Below are positions 12,668-26,612 of a stretch of DNA of 64,000 nucleotides, piece by piece. The notes under the pieces were generated by a model that worked only from the letters and a program-made list of their open reading frames with translations, searched no databases and had not been told where the DNA came from. Each line of letters starts with the position of its first letter. The stretch's first letter is position 1. Source of the stretch: Balanoglossus misakiensis. Taxonomy: Eukaryota; Animalia; Hemichordata. Where the stretch lies: contig CM082581.2 of NCBI GenBank assembly GCA_040954595.2, positions 10,043,099 through 10,107,098 on the forward strand, in the 5' to 3' direction. Position numbers and translations under genes: made by a program.

Positions 12668-15600
12668 AAAATTACATGTATTTATCAGTTCTGTTCATGG
12701 ATGGTTGGAGAAGGGCTCAAAATATATACGCGCGTTCCCAATCTCACCCCAGATATGTTTTAGAGCGTGTTATCATGCTGATGCAATTCCTGTTCAAAAT
12801 TGTCGTGACCCCCTTCATCCGGGTTAATAAAGAACAAATTTTGCAGCCCCCTGGCACTTGTAGCCCTCGAGTTGCCCACGCTCCGCAAAAATCCCAGCTG
12901 TTTCTGCGTTTGCGTGGACAAGACTCGGATATTTTTCTTCGCTGTCAGTGAGTTTCAGGCGTTTTCTGCATTTCAAAATCTCAAGTGGAATAAAGCCCTC
13001 GGGATAAAACATGTTTCAGTCAGCGCACGCTTCGGGCACCGGGAAATACCTGTCTCCGAATCATAAAATATTGGAGAGTTCTCGCAGGTTGTAAAATTAT
13101 AGTTGGCAGTACGTGACATTCTAAATTTTAAATTTGTTTTACGTCAGTGAAAATGAACACGTAGCACAGGCACGTATACGCTAGCTTATACCGAGCAAAG
13201 TGATGTTACAAAGTCTTACAACCCCCTTTCGTACCCACCTCACCGTACCCCCACCCTAATCTCCAAACTGAAAAAAGTCATGTTACATTACTATGCGACA
13301 GTTCCGAAACTGAAAAAATACTGACTGTAAAGTTCAGAGACATTTAGTGCAGTGACCCTCCTTTTTGGCAAATCTAGGTGACACAAGATGTAACACGAAC
13401 CAAAGCCATTGAAATGATGGTGCAGCCGTGATATTCACATGTTCTCGTGATAACATTAACTCTCATACACCGACAATTATCACCTATTTACGAGTAGCCC
13501 GGAGACTACCCTCGGTGCGCGTGATACTTGTCACTTGCCGAGTTTCTCCCATACACCACACCCCAAGACTTGACACAATCACTATTGACACACTTTTGAA
13601 GACCACGCTCTCAAATTCTAAATTTGCTTTTACTAGGACAGTCGCCCCCTGGGCATTCAAACACAGCACACGTATGATCCTACAACCCTAGCCCTAACTC
13701 AGTGATGGGGGGGGGGCATGATGAATGCCCGACCCGCATACAGTAAAATGAATGCATGCCAAGATGATACTAATCTTTCCGAATAACCAAAACATTCACT
13801 CTCTGATACTCCAGAGTCTTCACTATGGATACTAAATAAATCAGTATTTCGCACTTCATACGCAAAAACACTTCACGCTTCTTGTTCTCCAAGCAAGGGT
13901 TTTCCGGTTTCTTTTAAAGTTACCGGTGCTTTTACATCAAGCCATTTACTCGAAACACTTGTTCGGGCTTTCAACAACATTCTGCGTGAGCTTTCCCCCC
14001 TTCTCTCTTCACACGTGCACGCGGCCAGTAAGCTTAAGTAAATTTAATAAGATAAACATATCGGGAAAAAATATCACTGTCATCTTACACTTTCCATTTG
14101 TATGCGACAAAGCGAGAAATACGTTTTCTCAAATGGGACCACACATCACAAAAATAATGACATTAATGGAAACACCGATTTTCCCTTTATTATGAGTGCG
14201 AATTAATATCGCAGTTCTCATATTGCGATTTTGCGGAAAAAAACGACAATGTAGGATTTAATTGAATTTCGACAGCGGTACCGTCTTCTTTCTAGATTGA
14301 TTTTTTTGGATGCGATGCATCTGAATCTAGAACACAACGCCTTTAATGTTTTCCATTACGTATATTCGAAATTTGCAATAAAAAATAGATTTCATAGTTG
14401 ATATTCTAAACACTACACCATGTTACCCATTATATATCCGAAATTTGCAAATCCAAAAATTTGATTTCTGAGTTGACATGTCATGTTGACATGTTCCATT
14501 ATCTCAAAATTTAATTGTCAATTTGCACAATTTGCATAGCAAAGGCTAATAAAGAAACCACTTGACTATGCCAACACGTACAAACAACGACAGCGTCTAA
14601 TTTCCTTATTTTTTATCTTCTTGCCTTGCCAGAGTTCCTGAAGATGCGGCGACCCAAAAAAGTGTCAGAAAAACACAAGAAGAGTCATGATGCAATGTCA
14701 ACGACGATAGCTCCGTCACCGGTTCGAATTTTGTCTGCGTCGACCATCGCGTCACCAACAGAACGGACGATATTCTACGAACAGGTGTCTGATGTAGATG
14801 GTGCAAAAACAGTCATGTCTTCCTCAAGAGAAGCATAATTCTCACTTCACTTCTCAGCCCTTCTTCACACCTCATAATTCCCCCCCCCTCCTCTCTCTTT
14901 CCGATCTGTATTTCCCTGAGCAATAACTAGCGTAGTTCCAGGAATCTCTGTCTGGTGGGTAATTTTAAGACTGTGAGCTGTCATCTACCGCGCCGATTTC
15001 CTGCGCTTGAAGCTATACACCTTCCTTCAGCGCCATCATCAATATCCGCCAGAGTCATCATCGTTCGTTCAGGCGCCAAATTGCGGGAACGACTCGCCCT
15101 GCAGTGCACCACGAACATCTGTTTTTACAAGTTTTCACTGACTGTGCGCAATAAAACACAAACGATGATCAAGATGCAATGTCGATATAGTGTGGATTCA
15201 TTTTGAACCCTGCCCACTTAGTATTAACCTAAGTAATTGTTATTAGCCATTAATCAAGCAAATAGTGTCGCTCCACTGAAAATACCAGGAATTTTCTGGG
15301 TCGGTGGCGTCGACAAGTGGGTCTTTCTTGAGACACAACTCTCGTAACTTATTAGCTGATCGCATTTACTATATTCGTGGTCGACGCGTACAAAGGGGCC
15401 ACAAAAGCTCGTAAATGAGTCCGCATGCCCGATGCTCTAAAAGCTAAACACGACAAGAGGATACTGCCAAGGTTTTACCGTTTAGATTCAAGGTAAGACC
15501 GAAGGTGTTTTTATAATGGTTTGGCGTCATCGGAAAGTTTGCGTGTACTTCTCATGGTTTTGTGTGAACGTTTTAGAACGGGAGAAGGTGGGGGTACGCT

Positions 15601-18600
15601 TCGCCGCTACGTGCCACGTAATCCACGCCAAATCCATTAACCCCGAACTATACCATGAAAATGAAAGGTAAGGGCACACCCTTGCAATTGAAAAGCCACA
15701 GCTGAAGGGTCGGGTCCCACTGCTTTAGAACTTAACAGTGTCGACGTTTGCGTGGCCTCTTGGCCGCAAATGTAGGACATGGGGACATTTTAAAACAGGT
15801 GTTTGGTTAAATAATGGCTTTTCAGGATTTTCGTGTAATTCGTATCGATCGGGGCAATCAGTGAACTTTACAGCCGTTGTTCACCACAGCTTGTCAGTCA
15901 ACGATACTGTTTCCTCGGAAATGCAGTGGGCGTTCAGAGCAGACTGAAGGTTTTGTAAGAGGAGAAGAAGAAAAAAACAAGGCTATGGTGTCAGAATATC
16001 GATTATAACGACAACCCCAGAGCCTTGATGTCTGCGTACAAGTTATGATTTTTCTTATTCTACATCAAATCGCACGTCGTCAACAATCATATCAGTTCAA
16101 AGATTCTACAAACCCAAACAGGTTGCTTCAAAATATTCTTCGAAAAATAAAAAAAAATCTAAGATATATTTTACGACCTAGGCCTATACTATCATATTGA
16201 AACCGCGCTTTTGATATTCTGTTAAATTTTAAAAAACAATATGTTTTGACACAATAAATTACTTAGTTGCTTCAGTATTTTTTGACGAAATGTTCGTCAT
16301 GAGATGGGTTATCAGCTGGTATACTGTACAGTGAATTATTTCTAAAATATTAGACATTAGGTAGTATTGATTACGCATTGTGTATGTATGCCCGTTGGCG
16401 TTCGGTTTCGTACGTCACTTGCGTGCAATTACCAAAATTGAGTTTTGAGTACCTCACATCTGGTGACACCACGCAAGGTCTGCAGTCATCAACAAAAAAT
16501 GATATCGTTTCTTATAGTTTCAAACAAAATTTAACGAAAAGAAAAACGGGATTTTGACTCCTTAAGTTGCTGTTAAAATGCACGCTGCACTGGCACTGAA
16601 ATAGTTGAACGTTACTGAAACAGACTTCGAATACGAAATCGATCACTAACGACACCAACTGGGTGTCAATAAACGCCGTCCTTAATTTTACCCTCAGTGG
16701 GGAGATAAGTTGCGCCCTGTTTGAAGTTCATAGCAAACGTGACACATCGCTGATCTCTGAAGTCGTTTATATCTTATTTGAGAATAAGTTCTACGTGACG
16801 CGTCAAACGAGCCGAATAGATTAAATTCAAAATATTTCATCTTGTCGAATGCGCAGCGCGGGTTTATACGTACATGACAAAATAAATATATAACTTAGGA
16901 TGTCTGTCTGTAGTCAGGGCTTTTTTTACTGACTGTAGATAATATACTGTTGGAGGACTCTAAATTTGCTAACCCATCTTGGAATAAGCTATCCTCGGGG
17001 TATCTGATGGCATTCATATTATATTTTAGTGATTTTTACGACTGTCGTCTGCGCATCTTTCTGTCACGCTTAGTCGGAAGAGATTTATGGAAGAATGGAA
17101 ACGTGCATCCTGTATTCGAAGCGTACAGACTTAATAAATCGCGATAACTCATACCTGGAAGGCATAGAGACGGGGGTGTGTACCGGCAGAACAGTGACAG
17201 TGCAGAAGCTGCTCATCCGTGAGCATCTTCCCGCCTCAGCTCGCGTTGGTTTTTATTGGTATTTGTTTAGAGAGGCTAGACTTGGATCTTTTCAAACCGC
17301 ACCGAGCGTGTTTTGTGAAATGAGATCGGTGAGCGACGAGCCTTCTGCCCGAATGATGTATGGGCGCCGATCGTTGTTTAGAAAGATGTGTAATTAGGGA
17401 TTGCAAACGGCCTTTCTGTGCGGATTCCTTCGAGAAAAAAGGGTACCCAAGGACGATGAAATGTTCACCCATTTTTGTGTGCAATGAATATGCAAGAAGC
17501 ACGACTCCCAGACACTGATACATTTGAGAACACACAAACGGTGACGTCATAGGAGACAATTCCGCAAATCAATGAACAATGAACCCAGCGGTTGAATAAA
17601 CACGCAATGTTTTTACGATATACATTTCAACATTAACAGTAAAAATGTATTCGTATAAATAATATTCCCGCGATTATCACCTTATAAAGAAATATAGAGA
17701 TGCGACGTATAACTATCGTGCAATGTGGTCAATTTACCTTACACCAGATATGGCAGTAATTTAGTGCTCCCGTGTTTTGGGCATGGGGAAAACTACATCC
17801 GGGAACGCGAGCGTCGTTGGGAAAGACACTTATTCAGATAGAAATCTGGATTTCCATTTTTCGCAGAGAGGCAATTACGATTTGTAAATAGTCGTTGTTC
17901 TTAAGGTGCACTCAACTAAGCTGGTTCTATCACGCGTCTTTAATGGCGGCAGACCAATTAATACCACAAATGAGGCACAAATAACATTGTGTTACCCAAT
18001 TAAACGGAAAACAAACATTTTAAATAAAATCGCGGCGATCCAGTGACGTCATGCGATGCAGTATCTGTCGGTGAAGTGGAATTTTTCTGTTGAATGAGAT
18101 GAAAAGAAGTTGTTTACATTTCGTGTTTCAATAGAGAAAGATGCGCTGCGAAAACATCGTTTAAACACGGACGTTTATGAAATGAAGGTGGCCTACGCTA
18201 TCTGGAGTAAAATTAAACAAAGCTGTGTAAATCTGGTCTGAATTGATACCGGGGAAACATCACGATTAACACAGTACGTTGAACTAATTATCCATGGCAA
18301 CCATTAGTCACAGAGCAAGCAGACGACCGTACATCTAAACGTTAATATTAGTCTTTGCCCTGTTCTGTATACTATACTGTTATGTCTTCCGTTTTTAATA
18401 TGAACGTGCTCTGTACACCGCGACTGGTGTATGTTGTATCGATCAAAAAAAGCTTGTATGAGAAGGCAGTTTTGATTCTCGCTGTTTTTCACTGTTTTTC
18501 CCCGACCTGTTAATGTACAATGGAACGAGAAGGGTGAAAGCCTGTGCATAGATAAACTGCCTCTGTTTTAAAACTCGGTCCCAGAAAAAAACTGTGTTCA

Positions 18601-21600
18601 TATCCTCTTGCATCCAAATCGAACTTCAAAATAAAATCTGGTTGAGTCCCAGTACAGCCTGCGGAACAGCTGTGAGTGACTGAAAAGGAGATCTTATGAA
18701 AAGACTGCGTATACATGTATTATTTTTTACGGAGAACTCAGAATAAGTGAGTGAAACTAATCTGGTGAGACGACCATACACGGCCAGTAAATGGTGGCCA
18801 CGGACAATCGAGTGTCAACGTAAATGCATTTCTACCCTATGGTTAATGCCACCAAATGACTGTCAATAAAGACGGTCTTTAATTTGACTGTCTACAGACG
18901 AAAGTGCGTACTGCCATGAAGCCGGGGTATTACACGTCACTGAACACTAGAGTCTTCATGGGGAATTAAAACATGTGAACTATCATAGGATATTAAACTT
19001 TTGATCTTTTATCAACATTCATTGCCCTACAATTGAAATCGTCTTAAATTTCTTAAAATAGAGATAGCAGGTCCGATACAAAACGTAAGACGACGGCAAC
19101 CTATTGGCCTCTTGCTGAGTGATGACACAAAACTGTTGATGATCGTTTGTGCTAAACTGTTTGAATGGGCTGAACGCGACTCCAATGAGATATCCCTGAA
19201 ACCACGAATAACGAATGTAAGAGAAACTTGGGGGATCGCGCACGGCCCTTCTGAACACGGGAGCTATAAATATGCGGCCAAAGCAAGATAAACTGCATTG
19301 TATTTTCTGAGGGTCTGTGCAAGTTCGAGTTTATAATACTGCGATCACGCTTTGGGTTATTTTCGTTTACTAAGAGATCTTTATTGATGTGCAATTGTCA
19401 GACGCCTGATTAGCAGTATCCTATAATCTCTATAGTCTCTATAATCTCCGGGGATTAACCTTCAATCACTATTGCTTTCGGGTGTCAAACTGTCACCGCC
19501 CATTTAGTTATCGTTTAGCGTCTCCAAATTTGAAATTTCAATTTATGGTGACCACGAGCAAATACTGATTGTTTTTACGCAAAAACATACATAGGCACAG
19601 AGAAAACGTGCGTATGATGAATTTGATGTGATTCGCACACCTGCGCTCATCTTTCTTCGGGGACGCAGTTGGAGAGGCGCTGAATTATCACCTCGGTGAT
19701 AACTTTTAGGACTTCGGAATTTGGACGTCACTACTCCCTTGCCGCCAGACAGGCCACCTTTATATCTATCCGAGGATTAATCTAAGTACCTGACAACGGT
19801 GTGCCGACACTTTCACAAATCACGATCTTACCAATCAGGAGGAGAACGTCAATGCCATCGCTGGGTTTCGAGGATTGTCTCGTCCCCTGTTACGGCGTCG
19901 TAAGCTGCCACTTCACTTAATTTTCCCTTATGGTTATATTCGATTGATATTTAATGACGATTTTTGACCTTTAATTTAAATTTATAACTCTAAGAGGAGA
20001 ACATAGTTCACCAAGGCAAACAGCTGCTCCAGCACAATCTATCGTGGCTAGTTACACACACGCATGCTAATTTGTTTCCCAACACAATCCAATATGGCCG
20101 CCAGTTCTATTTTTTTTTCATGTCCGGAGCATGAACCAATGATATTAAAACACACAATGGAAAAGATCTACAGAGTTCTTTTCAAATGGTCATATATGGT
20201 AGCAATATCGTAGATTTTTCTTCCGTTTTAAGCTGATAGATACTACATTGCATTCACGACATTGGTTCAGTCTTACAACAAGGGCACTGTATAGTAGTAT
20301 ACTGTTCACACATGTCAATTTGTCGGAAGCAACAGAAGAAAACTAGCGAAGGCGATGGGCTCTTTTAAATCCGGTTTTCGCATGAGCAGTGTTTTAGAAA
20401 TCAGAGGTCTATGTACGAGAGTAGAATGTTCCATTTGCTAGTATGTCGTTCACACTACGCCACTGGGAATACATATGATTGCTCGTGAACACGACATGTT
20501 CGTTTAACTACGAGAGTGTTATTTCCTCTTCTTTCATAGGTTTCCTCACTGTTACCAATGCAAGGTACCCTGTCCCATGTAATAGGTGGACGGGCTTCAA
20601 AATATATATTCCGTGGTTGGTACAACTTGTATATTGACACGTGCTCGGTTGACGTCATTCCCAACGCAACGTAAACATGTTATTGCATTGTTGCCGAGTG
20701 TGTAAGTGTCTTCATTCTGCGTCAATTTTCATGGCCTGCAGCGGCTCGGCTATATAGAAGGATATTGGAAAACTATGGCGCGAGTACACGATCGATAAGC
20801 TTTGAGCGACACCAAATGGAAGAAATTACATGGCTTTCTGGCATAGCTGAAGGAACACCATTCATTGTGGAGTTCACACCAACATCATCGTTATAATGAC
20901 CCAGGTCAAAGCGAGTATAATATTCGATTTTCTGTAAATCACCGTAAATATTTCAAAACTGTTAGTTTTGACTTATGAGATGTAAAGTTCAAAAAGAATA
21001 TATATGCAGTATGAAATAAAAAATACTTAACATGTGTGACAAGGCTTCGAATTGATAATCGTTAACTGCCTCATAAACTGATCTACTATCTATTGAATGA
21101 ATTTGAGATTCTGGGAGACATAAATGACTTCAATTGTATTGTGAAGGGAAAACCGGAACATCGTAATTAATGCTCTCGGTCGTAGGCTGAATTTTTGATT
21201 CCCGCCGAAACCTGCGTCCGGTCGTTTTTGCGCCAAGATCTGCTAAACTTAAACTCAGAGAGAGGCACACTCACCGAAAAACTGCGAACTACCGAGAACG
21301 TGCTGATACTTTGATTTTAGATGCAATGCAATGTGGGCGTAGTTAGAAGCGAAGGCAGGAAACAGTACTCAGTCAAGCAATGATCTTAGATGCGACAGAA
21401 AATAGATGCACAAAATTGGTCCCTCACACGAAAACAACATTGATATCAAATTTAATGTAAAAATAGCAACCCTTCTTTATGAATGCACGTTGAAAACCTA
21501 TTGTACTAGTTCTCTCTATTAGTGCCAGGTCGAAAAACCTCCAGCGATAGATCTGACTTTGTTCTTACTAAGGTTTCTCCTTTTATCGTTCGCCTTTTTA

Positions 21601-24600
21601 ACACACACACAAGGCATTAGTGATAGCCATGGATACGAACGAGACAAAACCATGGAAACAACTTAAACAACAAAAAGTCAACACGTCGGTAACTTTTAGG
21701 TCACTATTCTTAGATTGAATCGTTCGTTTGAAAGTCACGAAGCCCTTTGTTGACAGATCTTACAGATACAAAGATGGCAGCGTAATTTGTGACTCGCTGG
21801 TTTCACAAATTGTAACTGTGTGCGCAGGATGGCGTCAAAACTCACAATATACACAGAATCTGATAGAAGAGATACCATGTGAAGTCTAAATATGTCAGCC
21901 TTTTGAATAAACCACACAATAATGACTTGCGTAAGTGGTCCCTATTTATAGTATTTTCTCAAGTCGCAACGAATTATCCGTTTGCATTCTCAGCATCTTT
22001 CTTCGACTTCGGGGTACAATGAAGTTGATAAATCGGATTAAAAGTTGGCATAAACGCTAACAGTGACACTGGCTCCATAAGATATTAGTCACAAGAACTA
22101 CTGGGTATGTAAGTACAGATCTATTGCAGTATAACTAGAGCCGATTTTGAAAAAAAAATATCAGAAAGCTCACAGCAAAATGTGAAACAAATTCCATCTT
22201 TTCTAATTTTCGAAAAGAAGCTAGGATGAAAAGTAATATTACAAAGGATTAGGTTTGGAGTATTCACAAGTAGAGTCTCAGAAAAACACAATGCTATTTT
22301 TCAAACCAAGAGCTTAATAAATTAAGGTGAGCCGACATTAAGTATCAACTGAATTTACAGAAGCGTATAAATCATCAAAGTCAATAAATTTAATCCTGGC
22401 ATTTTGGATTTATGTTGGTGTGGATGTTAGAGTACAACACAGATCCAATGGCGTGTCAAAAAAATATTTTTGGTAGCTGTCGCGATGTTAGAAAGATGTT
22501 TTTACATGCATGAATGTCTGGTTTTACTTTCTCATTTGCATAGATTACCATACGTAGATATTCTTATTTAAGCTTATGATTGATTTATAAAAAAAAATCC
22601 TACATGAAAGTAAAACATGGAGAAATGTTAGAGCACTTTCGTGTGTTTCTGATAATCTGCTCCCGAACCGTAAAGATTAATGTGTGACGTCAGAAACAGA
22701 GAAACAACTATACCTCTTCCGCTCATCGTGATCAATTTCGGAATGAAACGAATCCTCCTACGAGAATATTTACGTTTAATTCAGGGAGGTTTCAAGGCAG
22801 AAACACAAACAGTGTAAAACCCACAAATCATACGTTGGATGCGTTTTCAATTCAACAAGATGTTTAATCAACCTTAGTCCGGAAGGAACGGGCCCTTCAA
22901 AGTACGCACAGCTTAATCTATAAGTTGAATGGGGCTTGATTCGTGATTTCTATCTGACTCAACCCCCGGCCTTGTCCTGTTCACAGATACACGTATAACG
23001 TCATTTCTTCTGGGATCGACAGCGTACAATGAAGAACTTATGCCAATGGTATTTATCTGATGGGCTATTCGTGACTGTAATCGCAATGTTTATCTTTCCT
23101 TATTTGTATTTTCTTCAGCTGATATTCCTTTAATCAGCGAGAGAAAGCGACCAAGCGAGTCCAAACCGACAAGGAGTATACGCGCACATTTTTATGTTGG
23201 CCTACCGACAGCGCATTGAAAGAGTTCAATATAGATTATAATGCCAGGAAGTGGATTTAATTCTATGATATGTGGAAACGGTTCAGTTGTGTTCGAGATC
23301 TCGCCAGAGATAGAATTATTATTCGATTTGAATAAATACTGTACTATGTATCGTATTCTTTAGAAAAGCACACGGATAAATGGGATTTGTATAATCCATC
23401 TTGGCTGAGGAAGGAAAGTTTTCACTAAGGGACAAACACACCGTAATCCTAAGCATTAAGAGAGAAACCTCTTGAGGGATTAGAATCTAAATACTATACC
23501 TTGATATTTTATGATTTTTGTGAAGTTGCAAGTAGTAGCCTACAGATTGTGTCGATTGTACGTCACGGTGTGTAGAAAACACATTCAGAAAATTGGCGAT
23601 ATTCTCCACAAAGACAACAGCCAATAAATCTTGATACAATTAACATTTGTTTCTGGTGTTTTCTGAAGTTTTAATTCGAGACCCCCAAGTCCCATAGGGA
23701 ATAAACGAGCCACCTCAGTTCCACACTAAAATCGTAAAATAGTCTGAATTTTGCCAAAAGCGCCGATATGCCGGCTGTGCAGTGACTTACAAGTTCACCA
23801 TTTTTCATGTCAGAAAGTTATATATCTGAACTTCTATTTGGGCAGTTCAAGCAGCTTGTAATGATCAACAAAAGTGGCAAAGAAGTGCGGACAATGATTA
23901 TTTTTGACTAAATATAGACACTTATCGAATTGGAAGCCATGTGGTATCATGATTAGCGGACAGTTGCTAGCCAGAATAGCCTTGGGCATACATTTTTGTT
24001 GCTTGACTGCATCTTCTTGTGAGAGTTTATCTTCTCCATCTACTACTACATGCCCATGGATTTAGTGTCCTGGGCATGAAAATTTGGTCCTTTTGACTGA
24101 GTCGGCGCAGCAGTTCAAGTATGGTGAATTGATTATTTGTACATTTCAAAACGCTGTCAGGAGACTTGATAGACTAAATGCCAAATATTAACAAAGTTAT
24201 AATCTTGTCGTAAAATAAAAGCAGTTGTAAAATTTTAGCGTTCTTCGAAATTGGGAAACAATATGTTCGAGTGAACAGGTGCTTTTTGAATAATATGACA
24301 AGTTCGTTTCTGTGACGTGTGTCAATACGGTATTAATGTGTCTTGAAATTCCAACACTTCATGCTCAATCCTACATTTTACTACCAATATTGATCGGTCG
24401 CATTGCATTATTAACGCAGGGTTTTGAAAGGTCGCAATTTCCTGGTTGTGTGAAAGTGACGAAAGGGATGTTAAAGTATAAAATTATGTTGTATATAGGA
24501 TGAGTAATGACACAGAGATACATAATATGCCGTGAGCAACATGAAGATGAGAAATACAGTTTTAAAGGCAGTTTCTTTGATGTAGCACAAAAGGATCACG

Positions 24601-25420
24601 CGAAGGCATGCGAAACGTTTTAGTTGCGAGAGCGCCCACGGCTTTGTGTGATTCTGTTGAGATAACTAAACCCATCGACGGACACAACGGAGTATTGTGC
24701 TTGGGCGGCTACGATATGTGCACGGAAGAGTGACGTCAAAATCTCACGATGACAGTTTCGCGTCATACATGTAACGCACGTTGCCCTTCATTTAAATTGA
24801 AGTAAATAAATGTGATTACTCATCCGACGGCGTACCTTCTTGTTGACGTTTCACACAACCGCCAAAAGTCTTCAAAATACGCCTTATTGATGTTTTTAGG
24901 TTGCTATGGCTACGCAAAGGATATTTCAAGGTCATCTGAAAGTAACTATTGCAGTGTCACATTTCTTCTTACTTTCTCTCAATCTGTGATAATTTCGGAT
25001 ACATTTAGATAAGAGTTTTATTGTACGATTTATGAAATATGGCATCCGAATGTGTAGAACAACAAAATCGTCTAATCAATGACAGACTCATTGCAGTATA
25101 CGTGCGTGTTCATTGAGCAAAATTAACTATTAATGTACTGATACAAGAATGATTCACTCAAATAAATTTGTCATTTTCACCTCGGCGGTAGCTATGTCAT
25201 TTTTTCTTGGCTATGAGCCTTATTCAGAAGCACATGCGCGGGAAAATCAATCTGCTGTACACTGCAGTGCGCATATATACAAACTATGAATCGTTCTCTC
25301 ATCGAGAACTTCTCGAAGAGACACCCCCAAAAGCCGGCAACAAAGGAAACGTTGATTTCCTTTGCTTTTCCTGACAGGTGTGCGTCGAAAGAAGCTTTAG
25401 CAGTGATGGCGCCCTGTCAA

Positions 25421-25461
25421 ACCAAACCAAACCAAACCAAAGTCAAATCAAATCAAATCAA
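25421..25461. repeat. Compound pentanucleotide microsatellite (ACCAA)n/(TCAAA)n
   Basis: accaaaccaaaccaaaccaaagtcaaatcaaatcaaatcaa read directly. Confidence 0.85.
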
Positions 25462-25720
25462 AGTCAGTAGGTCGCTGTGATTACCCGTTCACTGGATTCC
25501 GCCTACTTCAAGCCACCATTACAGGGTATTCTTTAAAAAACATCAGAATAGGCCCGCTACCTCTCCGCCAAATACCCAACCGAAATCAAACGACAGGCTA
25601 TCAACTTCGTCATTATGCAAATATCAACGTCATCACAATGTACAGGTGATGGCAACAAGCTCGCGCAACAGAGAGCCGAGATTAGCTGGCCAGGCGCATA
25701 CTCTGAGGGCTTCGCGTCGT

Positions 25721-25775
25721 GTCACGTGCGTAGCTCTTGGATATAAAGAAGGCAGCGTCTTCTCACTTCCAGTTA
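25721..25775 (+). promoter_or_regulatory. Core promoter: E-box GTCACGTG, TATA box and Inr-like site
   Basis: GTCACGTG 25721-25728, ATATAAA 25741-25747 and CCAGTT about 28 nt downstream of the TATA box. Confidence 0.55.
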
Positions 25776-25894
25776 ATTCCGAATTACAGTTCATCATACA
25801 ACGAATACACTACTACGCTTGCTTGTTTCATTTCCGTTATATACACAAACACAAGCTCGGTGAGTGTTCCCTCGCGCCGCATCCCGCTGCCGAC

Positions 25895-25999
25895 ATGTTT
25901 CCCGTCAGTTATATAGTGTTCACAGCGATACTCTTGCAACAATACACAGACGTGAATTGTTTGAGCGTTAACAGACGAGAGTTCTTCGTAAACCTCATG
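25895..25999 (+). CDS. First coding exon of an unidentified secreted protein (signal peptide); downstream exons unresolved
   Basis: GCCGAC-ATG context, MFPVSYIVFTAILLQQYTDVNC-LSVNRREFFVNLM, strong donor ATG|GTAAGT (phase 0), TATA promoter 150 nt upstream. Confidence 0.55.
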
Positions 26000-26562
26000 G
26001 TAAGTGCATTAAATACCTGTACATATATTTGCCGAGAAAACGCCCTTTTTTTGCTCAGAAAGAAATTTAAAGTGGCATCGTTATTCTTTCAAACACTTTT
26101 GCTTGCGTGCGTGTCTGATACCCTCCGTGGTTCTTTACTATACTCCGTTAATACTTAAACTGGCACGGGTTCTTCAGTAAAATCGTTTCACTGTTTCGCC
26201 GTATCGCGTTTCGGGTAACGAGATTTGAACGTCTTTAATTAGTCGGAATCACTATTCGCCGTCTCGAAGAGCCAGGCTCGTTTGTTAAAATAATCTTTGG
26301 TAAACCTCGTGTGATTAGAACCTGATCGGGTCATTTGCCCATGAATAAAGAAATCCCACTCTCGTGATTGGTATTTTGATTAGAAAATTGATCGTTTACT
26401 TATTTAAATGGACAGCGTTAAATCGCCAGTAAATGTGCCCTGTCAATCTGTGGAGACGTTGCCTGTTACATTCAAAATGTCAAATTTTCTAAAAGAATTC
26501 TAGTTTACGTCGAAACATGATACGTACAACATTACGTAACCATACTGCTACACACTATATAG

Positions 26563-26612
26563 TGTGCGTGCGTGCGTGCGTGCGTGCGTACGTGCGTACG
26601 TACGTACGTACA
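26563..26612. repeat. (TGCG)n/(TACG)n tetranucleotide microsatellite
   Basis: Read directly; it produces the artefactual RTHA repeats in the - strand ORFs. Confidence 0.9.

Noticed and set aside
14626-14838. Possible terminal exon, or a TGA-TGC selenocysteine read-through frame
   Set aside because: An acceptor-like site is present but there is no recognisable homology, partner exon or SECIS.
14980-17390. Possible - strand gene (exon ending CAG|GTATGA at about 17153 joined to about 15120)
   Set aside because: The acceptor lacks a pyrimidine tract and the translations resemble nothing I recognise.
18552-18671. CXC-chemokine-like reading (INCLCFKT...IWLSPS)
   Set aside because: Cys spacing does not fit, there is no signal-peptide exon, and it is likely chance.
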